A stretch of DNA of 64,000 bases from Nanobdellota archaeon (GTDB lineage Archaea; Nanobdellota; Nanobdellia; Pacearchaeales; GW2011-AR1). The stretch is from NCBI GenBank assembly GCA_038045705.1, contig JBBSXO010000003.1, forward strand, positions 128,001 to 192,000, read 5' to 3'. The translations under genes and the position numbers were made by a program. Under the pieces are notes generated by a model. That model saw nothing but the letters and a program-made list of their open reading frames with translations. It searched no databases and had not been told where the DNA came from. The first letter of the stretch is position 1. Each line of letters opens with the position of its first letter. Shown here piece by piece: positions 38,677 through 48,251 of this stretch.

Positions 38677-39435
38677 CTACCATTGAAATTTAACATATTC
38701 ACTAAATGCATATCCTTCTTTAAAATAAACCGCTACGTTTACAGAGTAATTTCCGCCTTCAATAAAAGGAACATTGAGTAAAACAGCTTCTACAGTAGTG
38801 CTATTAAAACGATTAGAAACAAATGTGTCTGGAGTACCATACTCTTCCCACACAATAACTTTGTAAAAATCTTTCAGTTCAACACCTTCTGGAGCAACCC
38901 AGGACACCCAAAGATTATTTCCTCTCCTTTCCCATCTAACACTTGTAGGATATCCAATTATATTAGGTTCATAATAGACCACATCTCTAACAGTAAGACT
39001 ACTATTAACCGAATATTCAAAGTTATAATTTCCCTTTACAAGTAAACTATTATTATAATCTCCATAAAGTACCCATCTTCTAGTAATCTCACCAGAATAA
39101 TTATTAATGTTAAAATCTTTATTCAAATTATAAATTGTCGAATTCGGAGAGATAACTCTTACAGATTCAACATTCCACAAAAAACATTCTTCTAATTCTT
39201 GATAGTCTCCAAAACAATTAACCTTAAATTCATAACTTAATCCATAAGGTGAGTGCTGAGACCACACCTCTGGAAATATTTTATATATTTCACGCACATT
39301 AGACTGTCCAGCTAAAAATTCATTATTATCATCAGTATTATTATTAAAAATAATATCCTCCTCGATAATAATTTTATGAAAAAATAAAGAAATGAGGATT
39401 ATAACTGTCACAAACACAAGGTAGATTATCTTCAT
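38677..39435 (-). CDS. Secreted beta-rich hypothetical protein
   Basis: N-terminal TM/signal; aromatic beta-rich body; FnIII-like C-terminal region. Confidence 0.7.
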   Translation of the reverse strand: MKIIYLVFVTVIILISLFFHKIIIEEDIIFNNNTDDNNEFLAGQSNVREIYKIFPEVWSQHSPYGLSYEFKVNCFGDYQELEECFLWNVESVRVISPNSTIYNLNKDFNINNYSGEITRRWVLYGDYNNSLLVKGNYNFEYSVNSSLTVRDVVYYEPNIIGYPTSVRWERRGNNLWVSWVAPEGVELKDFYKVIVWEEYGTPDTFVSNRFNSTTVEAVLLNVPFIEGGNYSVNVAVYFKEGYAFSEYVKFQW

Positions 39436-39483
39436 ATGTGTTAAGAACAACAACTATTAAAAATAGTATCTATTAATATTTTC

Positions 39484-40047
39484 ATGCAAACAAAACGTTG
39501 TCCATGGGTAAATGATAATCCTTTAATGATTAAATATCATGATGAAGAATGGGGCAGTCCTCTAAAAGAAGAAAATAAACTCTTCGAATTCCTAATTCTT
39601 GATGCATTCCAAGCAGGTTTAAGCTGGAACACAATAATCAACAAAAGAGAAAATTTCAGAAAAGCATTTGATAATTTTAATCCAGAAAAAATAGCAAAAT
39701 ACACACAAAAAGATAAAGAGAGATTAATGTCAGATGCAGGAATAATAAGAAATAGATTAAAAATAGAAGCCTCAATAACAAACGCACAGAAATTTCTAGA
39801 TTTAAAGAAATCAACAACTTTCAGTAATTATATTTGGTCTTTTGTAAATAATGAAACAATAAAAAATAATCCAAAGGAAATAAAAGATTACCTATCAAAA
39901 AGTCAGGAATCCGATAAAATGTCAAAAGCCCTAAAAGAAAAAGGTTTCAAATTCGTAGGTTCAACAATATGCTATGCTTTTATGCAAGCATCAGGTCTAG
40001 TAAACGATCACGCAGTAGATTGTTTCAGATATAACCAATTTCAGTAA
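39484..40047 (+). CDS. tag: DNA-3-methyladenine glycosylase I
   Basis: RCPW, YHDEEWG, FQAGLSW, IIRNRLKI, FKFVG, GLVNDH..DC. Confidence 0.95.
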   Translation: MQTKRCPWVNDNPLMIKYHDEEWGSPLKEENKLFEFLILDAFQAGLSWNTIINKRENFRKAFDNFNPEKIAKYTQKDKERLMSDAGIIRNRLKIEASITNAQKFLDLKKSTTFSNYIWSFVNNETIKNNPKEIKDYLSKSQESDKMSKALKEKGFKFVGSTICYAFMQASGLVNDHAVDCFRYNQFQ

Positions 40048-40099
40048 TAAAAATACATTCAAAACAAATATTTATATAGTCTATAGTTATATAGTTTAC

Positions 40100-40309
40100 A
40101 TGGTAACAACTATACAAGTAAATGAAAGGACTCTTTTATTGCTGAAAAAGCTCAAAGAAGAATTACAGGCAAGTTCTTACGAAGAGGCAATAATAAAATT
40201 AGCAGTACAAAGAGCAACAAGAAAATCAATGGCAGGATACCTAGGAAAAAAATACGGCAAACTTTCAAGAAAAGAAATAATGGAAGATTTAAGAGATAAA
40301 AATGACTGA
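40100..40309 (+). CDS. VapB-type antitoxin
   Basis: MVTTIQV...LKKLK...SYEEAI; overlaps a PIN gene. Confidence 0.8.
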   Translation: MVTTIQVNERTLLLLKKLKEELQASSYEEAIIKLAVQRATRKSMAGYLGKKYGKLSRKEIMEDLRDKND

Positions 40310-40673
40310 ATATAAACTCATTGATTCCTCAGTCTGGGTAGAATATTTAGTGAATAGTAATTACAAAGAAATTATTGAATCGGAAGAAATATATTTATTA
40401 TCTAGTCTTTCAATTCTGGAAATAAAAAAGAAATTATTGAAATTAAATTACAAAAAAGAAGATATTCTTAACAGTCTAAATTTTATAAAAGAAAGAAGCA
40501 ATATTATGACGGTAAATCAAGAAATAGCGGAAATGGCCGCTGATATTTGTATAGGAAAAAGTCTAGGAGCGGTAGATGCAGTTATATATGCAACATCAAT
40601 AGCCAATAATTCATTATTAATTACTTTAGACAACGATTTCAGAGGTTTAGAAAATGTACAAATTCTAGATTAA
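40302..40673 (+). CDS. vapC: VapC PIN-domain toxin
   Basis: IDSSVWVEY...E...DAVIYAT...TLDNDF. Confidence 0.9.
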   Translation: MTEYKLIDSSVWVEYLVNSNYKEIIESEEIYLLSSLSILEIKKKLLKLNYKKEDILNSLNFIKERSNIMTVNQEIAEMAADICIGKSLGAVDAVIYATSIANNSLLITLDNDFRGLENVQILD

Positions 40674-40943
40674 CTACCACTCAATCTTATCAATATCAGT
40701 TTCTTCATAAACTATTTCTTTCAACTCATAAAATTTAAGAGTCTCCTTAACCTGGTCATCAAAATACCTAAGTTGATAATCTTTATCAGTTTTAGGATCA
40801 AAGAGCTCAATTAACATTTCTTTTGTAGTCTTATAATCCTCAAAAACATAATGGGCATCAACTTCAAGCTTCTTGCCATTGACTGTAATAAAATCTCCTT
40901 TTTTCAACTCAGTAAGATTCTTTGATTGTTTTACAATATCCAT
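40674..40943 (-). CDS. Small hypothetical protein
   Basis: Compact ORF at the end of the aspS gene run; no known motif. Confidence 0.7.
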   Translation of the reverse strand: MDIVKQSKNLTELKKGDFITVNGKKLEVDAHYVFEDYKTTKEMLIELFDPKTDKDYQLRYFDDQVKETLKFYELKEIVYEETDIDKIEW

Positions 40944-40967
40944 AAAGATAAAAACAATAATCAATTT

Positions 40968-41726
40968 TTAAATCTTGCTTATGATATGAGGCTCACACAT
41001 CTTATAACCATCATCTTCAGGTTGATAACCAACTAATTTTTTAGTTTCTTCTAAATCCATAAAATTATTTTTGTTATCAGAAGATCCAGCTAAAACTGCA
41101 AATTTCAAAGTTTCAGGAGCAATAATACATTTGTAAATCAGCTGAGCAAAATCTCTCTGAGAAATAATATAATCAAAGTTGCTTCTTGTAGGGCAAGCAA
41201 TTTTTAACATCTCATCAGAAATATAAGCACCAATACGAATTGCAAGACAACTTAAACCATAACTTTGAGAATAAACATGACACATAGCTTCCAAAAATGC
41301 TTTAGTTGCACCATAATAATTCAAAGGCTTAGGAGCTAGATCCATTTTCACAGTCTTCCCAAGTGGATACCCCCTAATAGCATGAACACTACTAGCATAA
41401 ATTACCCTTTTAACACCAGCTCGTCTAGTGGCCTCTAACACATTATAAACTCCAATCAAATTTGGTTCTATTAAGTCATTAAATGGAGCATTAGGGTCAG
41501 AGTTACCAGCCAAATTAACCACAACATCAAAATCAGAAAAATATTTAGTCAGTTCATCTAAATCAGATAAATTTATTTTAATAGTTTCATAATTTCCAGA
41601 AAGTTTTGTCTTATTAATCCCAACAACAATATCATAATGATTTTTATATTTATTTTCATATTCTTCAAGAAAACTCTTTCCAATTCGCCCAGTCAAGCCA
41701 ATAAACAAAACTTTTTTCCTGACCAT
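40968..41726 (-). CDS. NAD-dependent epimerase/dehydrogenase (extended SDR, uronate dehydrogenase-like)
   Basis: GLTGRIG, NLAG, ASSVH, YGATK, RIG. Confidence 0.88.
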   Translation of the reverse strand: MVRKKVLFIGLTGRIGKSFLEEYENKYKNHYDIVVGINKTKLSGNYETIKINLSDLDELTKYFSDFDVVVNLAGNSDPNAPFNDLIEPNLIGVYNVLEATRRAGVKRVIYASSVHAIRGYPLGKTVKMDLAPKPLNYYGATKAFLEAMCHVYSQSYGLSCLAIRIGAYISDEMLKIACPTRSNFDYIISQRDFAQLIYKCIIAPETLKFAVLAGSSDNKNNFMDLEETKKLVGYQPEDDGYKMCEPHIISKI

Positions 41727-41733
41727 TATAAAA

Positions 41734-42339
41734 CTAAATCTTCCCAACTAACCCAATTCCAGGCTTCAAAGTCTTAGCACCAGCTTCCCACTCAACAGGG
41801 CAAACTTCTCCACCATGTTCACGAACATACTTAGCAGCTTGTAATTTGCGTAAAACCTCTTTTACACTTCTACCAATAGAGTTATCATGAATATCTGCAC
41901 ATCTAATAATTCCATCAGGATCAATAATAAATGTAGCTCTCAAAGCTCTTCCTTCATCAACTCCCTCATTAATATAAACCCCATACAACTTACTTATTTT
42001 TCCAGAATTATCTGCAAGCATTGGATATTGTATCTTCTTAATTGAAGCAGATTGATCCCACCATGCCTTATGCACGTGTTCACTATCCGTACTTACACTC
42101 AAAATTTCAGCATTTGCTTTCTTAAAATCATTATACATATCAGCAAATCTTCTCAATTCAGTAGGACATACAAAAGTAAAGTCTCCTGGATAAAACGCAA
42201 GAATAACCCACCTTCCAAACAATTGACTCAATTTAATATCTTTAAACTTATTCTGATGAAAAGAATGAGTGATAAAATCAGGTGCTTTCTTTCCAACTAA
42301 AGTTCCAAAGCTAACAGCATTATTTGAATTTTGTTGCAT
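41734..42339 (-). CDS. ahpC: 2-Cys peroxiredoxin
   Basis: FYPGDFTFVCPTE, GEVCPVEW. Confidence 0.95.
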   Translation of the reverse strand: MQQNSNNAVSFGTLVGKKAPDFITHSFHQNKFKDIKLSQLFGRWVILAFYPGDFTFVCPTELRRFADMYNDFKKANAEILSVSTDSEHVHKAWWDQSASIKKIQYPMLADNSGKISKLYGVYINEGVDEGRALRATFIIDPDGIIRCADIHDNSIGRSVKEVLRKLQAAKYVREHGGEVCPVEWEAGAKTLKPGIGLVGKI

Positions 42340-42343
42340 TTTA

Positions 42344-42565
42344 TTAATTCCAAGAACCCTTTTCTAACAAAAGGTACATATCATTCTTATGTTTAGCATT
42401 CTTAAACATTATTGTTTTAAAGTCAATATCACAAATCTCTCCAATTTTTTCTTCACGTAAATCTCCAGAAGTCCTAACAGAATTAGAAATTTTGATTTTA
42501 GACAAATCTTTTCCAAATTTGTCAAGAAGTGCATGTGCTTCAAATTTTATTTTATCATTTTCCAT
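42344..42565 (-). CDS. gatC: Probable GatC subunit (short, divergent)
   Basis: Directly downstream of aspS; LREE...MFKNAKH...EKGSW pattern resembles archaeal GatC. Confidence 0.65.
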   Translation of the reverse strand: MENDKIKFEAHALLDKFGKDLSKIKISNSVRTSGDLREEKIGEICDIDFKTIMFKNAKHKNDMYLLLEKGSWN

Positions 42566-42566
42566 T

Positions 42567-43883
42567 TTAAGGTGTCAATCTATCTCTATCCCTGGGGAAC
42601 ATAGTAGCTTCACGAACATTGTCCAATTCACAAAGAAGCATGGTCAATCTCTCAAGACCTATTGACCAACCAGAGTGTGGTGGGGCACCATACTTAAAAG
42701 AATTAACATAATCCATCAGTCCATCTGTTTTCATTCCCTTATGTTTTATTCTAGCAAGAAGTAATTCAGGCAAATGGATTCTTTGTCCACCGGATGAAAT
42801 CTCAAGACCTTTGTAAATACAATCAAATCCCTCTGAATATTCTGCATTAGAATTTGCATCTTTGGGCATTATATAAAATGGTTTCAAAGAAGAAGGCCAA
42901 GAATGAACAAACACAAGAGTATCAGGATAAATTTCTCCAAGTTTCTTCTCTGCTTCAGGGCTTAAGTCATCTCCGATAGCAATTTTCAAACCAGCTTTCT
43001 CTAAAATAGCAATAGTCTCATCATAATGAATATATTTTGCACTAGGAACTTTAAATTTCAAACCAAGCAATTCAATTTCAGATTTATTTTTTTTAATGAC
43101 TTCCGAAACAATATGTTGAACACATTTTTCTTGTAACTTCATTACATCCATCTGAGACATAAAAGAACATTCAATATCCATTTGCCTGATTTCATTAATA
43201 TGTCTAACAGTGTTATGCTTCTCAGCTCTCCAAACTGGAGTAATCATAAAAGTTTTTTCCATAGAACAGGCAACCATTTCTTTATATAATTGAGGACTTT
43301 GAGCAAGACAAGCTTCACGCTCAAAATATTTTACCTTGAACACATCTGCGCCTCCTTCAGAAGCAACACCTATCAAGCAAGGAGGTTGCATTTCGATAAA
43401 TCCTTCTTTAACAAAAAATTCTCTGAATGACGTAGAAATAGTATGTTGTATTTTGAATATTGCTTGGGCTCTTCTTCTATGAAAATCAACATACCTATAA
43501 TCAAGTCTCTTAGGTAGTTCAGTCTTAGAAAAGTCAGAAACATCAATAGGTAAAGGATGTTCAGCAGGGCTTAAAATCTCAAAATGTTCTGGAACAATTT
43601 CACGTCCGCCAGAAGCCTTCTCACTCTTTTGTATTTTTCCAGAAATTAAAACGACACTTTCACGAGAAACTTTCTGCATTAAATCAAAAACTTCTTTAGA
43701 AGACTTATCTTTATGAGATGTAACTTGAATTTCTCCAGAAAAATCACGAAGTACAAGAAATCTGATTTTTCCCAAGTCTCTCTGATCATAAACCCATCCT
43801 GCAATAACCACATTATCCCCAGCATCTTTGACACTTAATACAGAAATCATTTTTCTATCATTAAGTAAATTCCAATAATTCAT
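42567..43883 (-). CDS. aspS: Aspartyl-tRNA synthetase (archaeal, probably non-discriminating)
   Basis: GWV..RDLG, LAQSPQLYK, WRAE, EISSGGQRIH, GAPPH.G..IGLERL. Confidence 0.95.
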   Translation of the reverse strand: MNYWNLLNDRKMISVLSVKDAGDNVVIAGWVYDQRDLGKIRFLVLRDFSGEIQVTSHKDKSSKEVFDLMQKVSRESVVLISGKIQKSEKASGGREIVPEHFEILSPAEHPLPIDVSDFSKTELPKRLDYRYVDFHRRRAQAIFKIQHTISTSFREFFVKEGFIEMQPPCLIGVASEGGADVFKVKYFEREACLAQSPQLYKEMVACSMEKTFMITPVWRAEKHNTVRHINEIRQMDIECSFMSQMDVMKLQEKCVQHIVSEVIKKNKSEIELLGLKFKVPSAKYIHYDETIAILEKAGLKIAIGDDLSPEAEKKLGEIYPDTLVFVHSWPSSLKPFYIMPKDANSNAEYSEGFDCIYKGLEISSGGQRIHLPELLLARIKHKGMKTDGLMDYVNSFKYGAPPHSGWSIGLERLTMLLCELDNVREATMFPRDRDRLTP

Positions 43884-43914
43884 ATCAATCAAAGATAAAC
43901 TGCTTTTTTAAGCA

Positions 43915-44976
43915 TTATGCAAATGGTTTTCTATATAGATTTGCGCAAGATTGTAAGCCCGCACCATAACCGAAACTAAGCAGATAACTTCCAGGCTCGG
44001 CACCTTCCACAAATTGTTTAACTCTTCTTCCCTGAGAAGCAGTTGAGGTATTGTGAAAATTAGCTAAATCCACATCTAGAACTAATCCACATTTTTGTAA
44101 AAATCCTGGATAGTTTTGATCAATATTTTCTAAGCACCTTAAGTTGGCTAAATGAGGTGCAATATAAGAAATTTCATCATAAGAAACACCATTGGAGTTA
44201 AATCTCCAATCTGTAAGCTTAGTTAGAAGTTCTTCCCATTGATTTATTACATATGTAAAAACTCTTTTTCCATCCATTTCTAAAACTGGACCTATCACCT
44301 TTCTAGATTCAGCTCCATTATCTAATATGTCTAAAGCGCTTTCTAAATCAACTTTAGGCTTATCTAAACATTTAATCAAATCTCTATCTTTTCCACTTCC
44401 TTTAGAATGGTGTCCCATAAAACCAACATCGCGAGCTCCAGCACCTAAAATATAAGCTGAGGCTCCGTCTCCAAATAATATGGCTGTGGATCTATCTGCA
44501 TAATCAGTAACATTTGAAAGTTTTTCAGCACCCATAACTAAAACAGTATTAAACTGTCGCCCTTGTATCAATCTATCCGCATACATAAGAGCAAAATTTA
44601 TACCTCCACAACCTGCTCCTAGATCAACTCCTGATGCTCCATCTTCAATTAACTCTGGATGAGATGATGATAATTGGTCTTGAACATAACCTGCAATATT
44701 AGGGAAAGCGTGTCTTGAAGTATTCGTAGCTACAATAACATGCTGTATTGGGTGAATATTCTGCCATAAATTTTCAATTGCATCTTGATCAGCTTTAACT
44801 GCTAATTCACCTATACTTTGATTAGGAGCAACCATGCGGTTTCTAATACCCGTTCTCTGAACTATCCACTCATCGTTTGTATCTTGACCACTAGCTCTTA
44901 ATATTCTCTCCAAATCATGATTTGTTAAAAATCTTTCACCAGTAGAAGTTCCAACAGACTGGATTACGGAGCCCAT
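43915..44976 (-). CDS. Beta-ketoacyl synthase III (FabH-like), divergent
   Basis: WIVQRTGIR.R, AGC (Cys), DRSTAILFGDGA, PHLAN (His), HNTSTAS (Asn), GYGAGL. Confidence 0.88.
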   Translation of the reverse strand: MGSVIQSVGTSTGERFLTNHDLERILRASGQDTNDEWIVQRTGIRNRMVAPNQSIGELAVKADQDAIENLWQNIHPIQHVIVATNTSRHAFPNIAGYVQDQLSSSHPELIEDGASGVDLGAGCGGINFALMYADRLIQGRQFNTVLVMGAEKLSNVTDYADRSTAILFGDGASAYILGAGARDVGFMGHHSKGSGKDRDLIKCLDKPKVDLESALDILDNGAESRKVIGPVLEMDGKRVFTYVINQWEELLTKLTDWRFNSNGVSYDEISYIAPHLANLRCLENIDQNYPGFLQKCGLVLDVDLANFHNTSTASQGRRVKQFVEGAEPGSYLLSFGYGAGLQSCANLYRKPFA

Positions 44977-45082
44977 AACTAAAATTCATAATCTCTCTTT
45001 AAAAAGATTTCATCAAAACTATGAAAAACAAACATTTAAATATTTAAACGTAATTTAGTGTTTAAACAAGATTACATAAAAA

Positions 45083-45298
45083 ATGGTAAGTATAACAGTA
45101 TCAATTCCAGAGGATATAAAGAAAAAAATGGAAAATTTTCCAGAAGTAAACTGGTCAGGATTAGTAAAAAAAATAATAATTGAAAAAGTTGAAAGATTAA
45201 TGTGGAAAGAAGAAATGCTAAAAATGTTAGAGGGAGAAAAAGAGTTTACAGATTGGGCAGTAGAATTAATCAGAAAAGGTAGAAATAATAAGAAATGA
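45083..45298 (+). CDS. RHH-type antitoxin
   Basis: ITVSIPEDIKKKME.FPEVNWS; coupled to a PIN gene. Confidence 0.8.
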   Translation: MVSITVSIPEDIKKKMENFPEVNWSGLVKKIIIEKVERLMWKEEMLKMLEGEKEFTDWAVELIRKGRNNKK

Positions 45299-45693
45299 AA
45301 ATAGTGGTTGATACCAATGTATTATTTAGTTTCTTCTGGAAAGAATCAATAACAAGAAAGTTAATAATTAATTTAGGCAATTTGCTATTATCTCCAAAAA
45401 AAGCAAAAGAAGAATTGAATAAATACTCTAGAGAAATAATTCAAAAAGCAAAGATCAATCAAAAAGAATTTGATAATTTACTAGTCGAATTAGAAAGCTA
45501 TATAAATTTTATAGAATTAAAGGATTATAATGATTCTATTGAAAATGTAAAAAACAGCATTTTAGACAAAGAAGATTATGATTTCCTAGCGCTTGCATAT
45601 AAAAATAATTACATTTTGTGGAGCAATGATTTGTTTTTAAAAAGACAAGAATTAGTGAAAGGGATTACAACAAAAGAGTTATTAGAAGACTAA
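45295..45693 (+). CDS. vapC: PIN-domain toxin
   Basis: VVDTNVLFS...D.EDYDFLALA...LWSND. Confidence 0.88.
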   Translation: MKIVVDTNVLFSFFWKESITRKLIINLGNLLLSPKKAKEELNKYSREIIQKAKINQKEFDNLLVELESYINFIELKDYNDSIENVKNSILDKEDYDFLALAYKNNYILWSNDLFLKRQELVKGITTKELLED

Positions 45694-45704
45694 TTTTATA
45701 ATGT

Positions 45705-47150
45705 CTAACCCAAAACTCTTTCAATTAATTCAATTGTTTTCTTAGTATCAAGTTTTCCTTTAAACTTAGCCATTAACATCCCCATATAAGCATTAGCTCG
45801 CATTCCTGGTTTTTCCTTGATTAATAAACGAATTTCTTTCTCAATCTCATTGTCATCTATCTTTTCAATCTTAATAGCTTCAGAAACTTTAATGCCCTCG
45901 AGTATTTTAATCAAAACAGGTTTAACATCACTAACAATAATTCTTCCATCATTCAAAGCATTCAAAATATCTTCATAAACCTTCTCCGTCAAAATATTCT
46001 TAACATCTAAAAATGTCTTCCTGCTCTTAGTTGCAAATTCCTGTCTCCATAATGTAACCATTTTAGCAACTAAGTTTGCATCTTTAGGATAAACATCAAG
46101 TAGTATTTGAAATTCATCGAGTGCCTCAGAATTATCTAAAACTAATTCAATCAAATCTTCTGAAACTCCTTTCTTGCGAAGTTCATCGCGCATATCAGTC
46201 TTTAATTTAGGTAAATTCTTCTTCAAATAATCAATTCTCTGTTTTCCCATCCTTAATAAACTCAAATCAGTTTCGGGATACATTCTATCGGCTCCCGGCA
46301 TTGGACGAAGAAATTCACTTTTACCATCAGGCAAAGCATTTCTAACATCTCCAATATTTTTCTTACCTTTCAAATTTTCTAACTGACGATCAATTTCACA
46401 ATCAATAGTTTTAATCATCATTTTAGTATCTTGAAACCCCTTTATCTCAACTCGATCATGTCCTTTAATGGAAACATTCACATCCTGGCGTATAGTTCCT
46501 ATTCCTCTTTTAACTTTACAAGCTCTTAAAATTTCTCCTAACTTAAGTGCACATTCCTTAACTTGTTCTGGTCTAGTTAAATCTGGATAAGTTGCAATTT
46601 CAACAAGTGGAATTCCTAGTCTATCTAAACGATAAACAACTTTATCATTTTCACGAGAAATAACACGAGCAGAATCTTCCTCTAGACAAACAGTTGCAAT
46701 TCTAACATCTCCATAAGAAGTTTCAATTTTACCATCATGAGCAATCAAAACAGTTCTCTGAAATCCTGAAGTATTAGAACCATCAATAACAGTCTTACGC
46801 ATTACTTGAGTAACTGAATAAATCTCACAATTCAATAATAAAGAAACAGTTAAAGCAGTATTAAGAGCTTCTTCATTTACTGCATGTGGTGGTTCATCAT
46901 CTAACTCCACAAGAGAAACAGTGTCTCTATATCCTTCATAAAAAAAAGTCTTCGCAATAGAAGCTTCATGACTTACAGCTTCATCAACATTTCCGCTTTC
47001 ACCAGCAACAGCATGAAGCTTACGAGAAATCACATAGTGAGGCTCATCATTTCTCAAGAAAGAAGGAGCCCCAGAAAACAGTTTCGGAGTATCAAGCTGT
47101 TGATGTATTTCAAGCCCTGCCTTAAATCCTAGGTCCTTATAGTTATGCAT
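45705..47150 (-). CDS. gatE: Glu-tRNA(Gln) amidotransferase subunit E (compact)
   Basis: GLEIHQQL, MRKTVIDGSNTSGFQRT, LDRLGIPLVEI, RGIGTIRQDVNVSI, PGADRMYPETD. Confidence 0.95.
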   Translation of the reverse strand: MHNYKDLGFKAGLEIHQQLDTPKLFSGAPSFLRNDEPHYVISRKLHAVAGESGNVDEAVSHEASIAKTFFYEGYRDTVSLVELDDEPPHAVNEEALNTALTVSLLLNCEIYSVTQVMRKTVIDGSNTSGFQRTVLIAHDGKIETSYGDVRIATVCLEEDSARVISRENDKVVYRLDRLGIPLVEIATYPDLTRPEQVKECALKLGEILRACKVKRGIGTIRQDVNVSIKGHDRVEIKGFQDTKMMIKTIDCEIDRQLENLKGKKNIGDVRNALPDGKSEFLRPMPGADRMYPETDLSLLRMGKQRIDYLKKNLPKLKTDMRDELRKKGVSEDLIELVLDNSEALDEFQILLDVYPKDANLVAKMVTLWRQEFATKSRKTFLDVKNILTEKVYEDILNALNDGRIIVSDVKPVLIKILEGIKVSEAIKIEKIDDNEIEKEIRLLIKEKPGMRANAYMGMLMAKFKGKLDTKKTIELIERVLG

Positions 47151-47185
47151 GAATCAGAAACAAAAAGGTTATTATTAAAGATTAT

Positions 47186-48190
47186 CTAATCATATCTAAA
47201 TATTTTATAACCCAAACAAGATTTTTTATCTAGAAGATCGTGTAATATCCCATCATTAGTATCTGTCCTTATTTCTATAATACCTCTCTTCCTATTAGTT
47301 ACAGACACATGTACAGGCTTATCTTGATGAATAAAATGATTCCTTAATATCTTCTTAACACCTACAACCTCATCAGGATTTGAAAAACCAAAAAGTTGAA
47401 TCTGGTAATAAGGAAGATTATCATAATCTCCTATTAAACTATCCATTCCTGCATTAATTTTTGAAGCGATATAATGGATAAACTGTCCTTCAGGACTTTC
47501 AATTTTCGGAGGAATCCCCATAAGCTCCGGAGCACGAATATCCCCATCTGCTTCTCTTTCCTTAAAATGGCATTGTGCTGAGTGAATTAAATCATTATAG
47601 AATGTTCTTTCTCCAGGAGCAAGAGCTACAGGAGCATAACTATTCTCTGCAAGAAGAACATTTTGAACAAGTCTACTAGTTCTTCCATTTCCATCTGAAA
47701 AAGGGTGAATACGTAAAAAATGCAAATGAAAAAGAATAGCTCTTTCTACAGGATCAATTGAAATATCATTTACTAAATTATTCAAAGCATCCATTTGCTC
47801 TTTTATTTTTGCAGGATTTACCCCTGCATGATTATACCCTGCAATGAAGACAGATTCAGTACGATATCCTTTAATTGAAGGATTTAATATTTTTGCCAAA
47901 CCAATTAAATAAGGTTCTGTCAAAACCCTCTTAAATTCCCTTTCTGAATACTGCCTAGCATCTTCAAGTTGACCCCTTACTTGGCGAAAGTCTCTCCTAA
48001 GACCTATCCTACGAGACCTTACAGCCTGATCGGGTTCAGTGATTCTAGAATGGTAACTTGCCTCCAAATGAGCCACTTTAAGAAGAGCAGAGCGAAGTCC
48101 AGTCTCATCTGAAACTCTATTGACAAAAGTATCTCTCTTATGTCTCAACTCTGTCAGTAAACCAGGATTTATAAAATGAGCATTTTTCAT
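47186..48190 (-). CDS. Fic domain protein
   Basis: Complete canonical motif HPFSDGNGRTSR. Confidence 0.9.
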   Translation of the reverse strand: MKNAHFINPGLLTELRHKRDTFVNRVSDETGLRSALLKVAHLEASYHSRITEPDQAVRSRRIGLRRDFRQVRGQLEDARQYSEREFKRVLTEPYLIGLAKILNPSIKGYRTESVFIAGYNHAGVNPAKIKEQMDALNNLVNDISIDPVERAILFHLHFLRIHPFSDGNGRTSRLVQNVLLAENSYAPVALAPGERTFYNDLIHSAQCHFKEREADGDIRAPELMGIPPKIESPEGQFIHYIASKINAGMDSLIGDYDNLPYYQIQLFGFSNPDEVVGVKKILRNHFIHQDKPVHVSVTNRKRGIIEIRTDTNDGILHDLLDKKSCLGYKIFRYD

Positions 48191-48251
48191 GAATAAATCT
48201 CAATAATCAATTATTTAAACCTTTCCATATGTAACCTCTATAGAGTTACAA

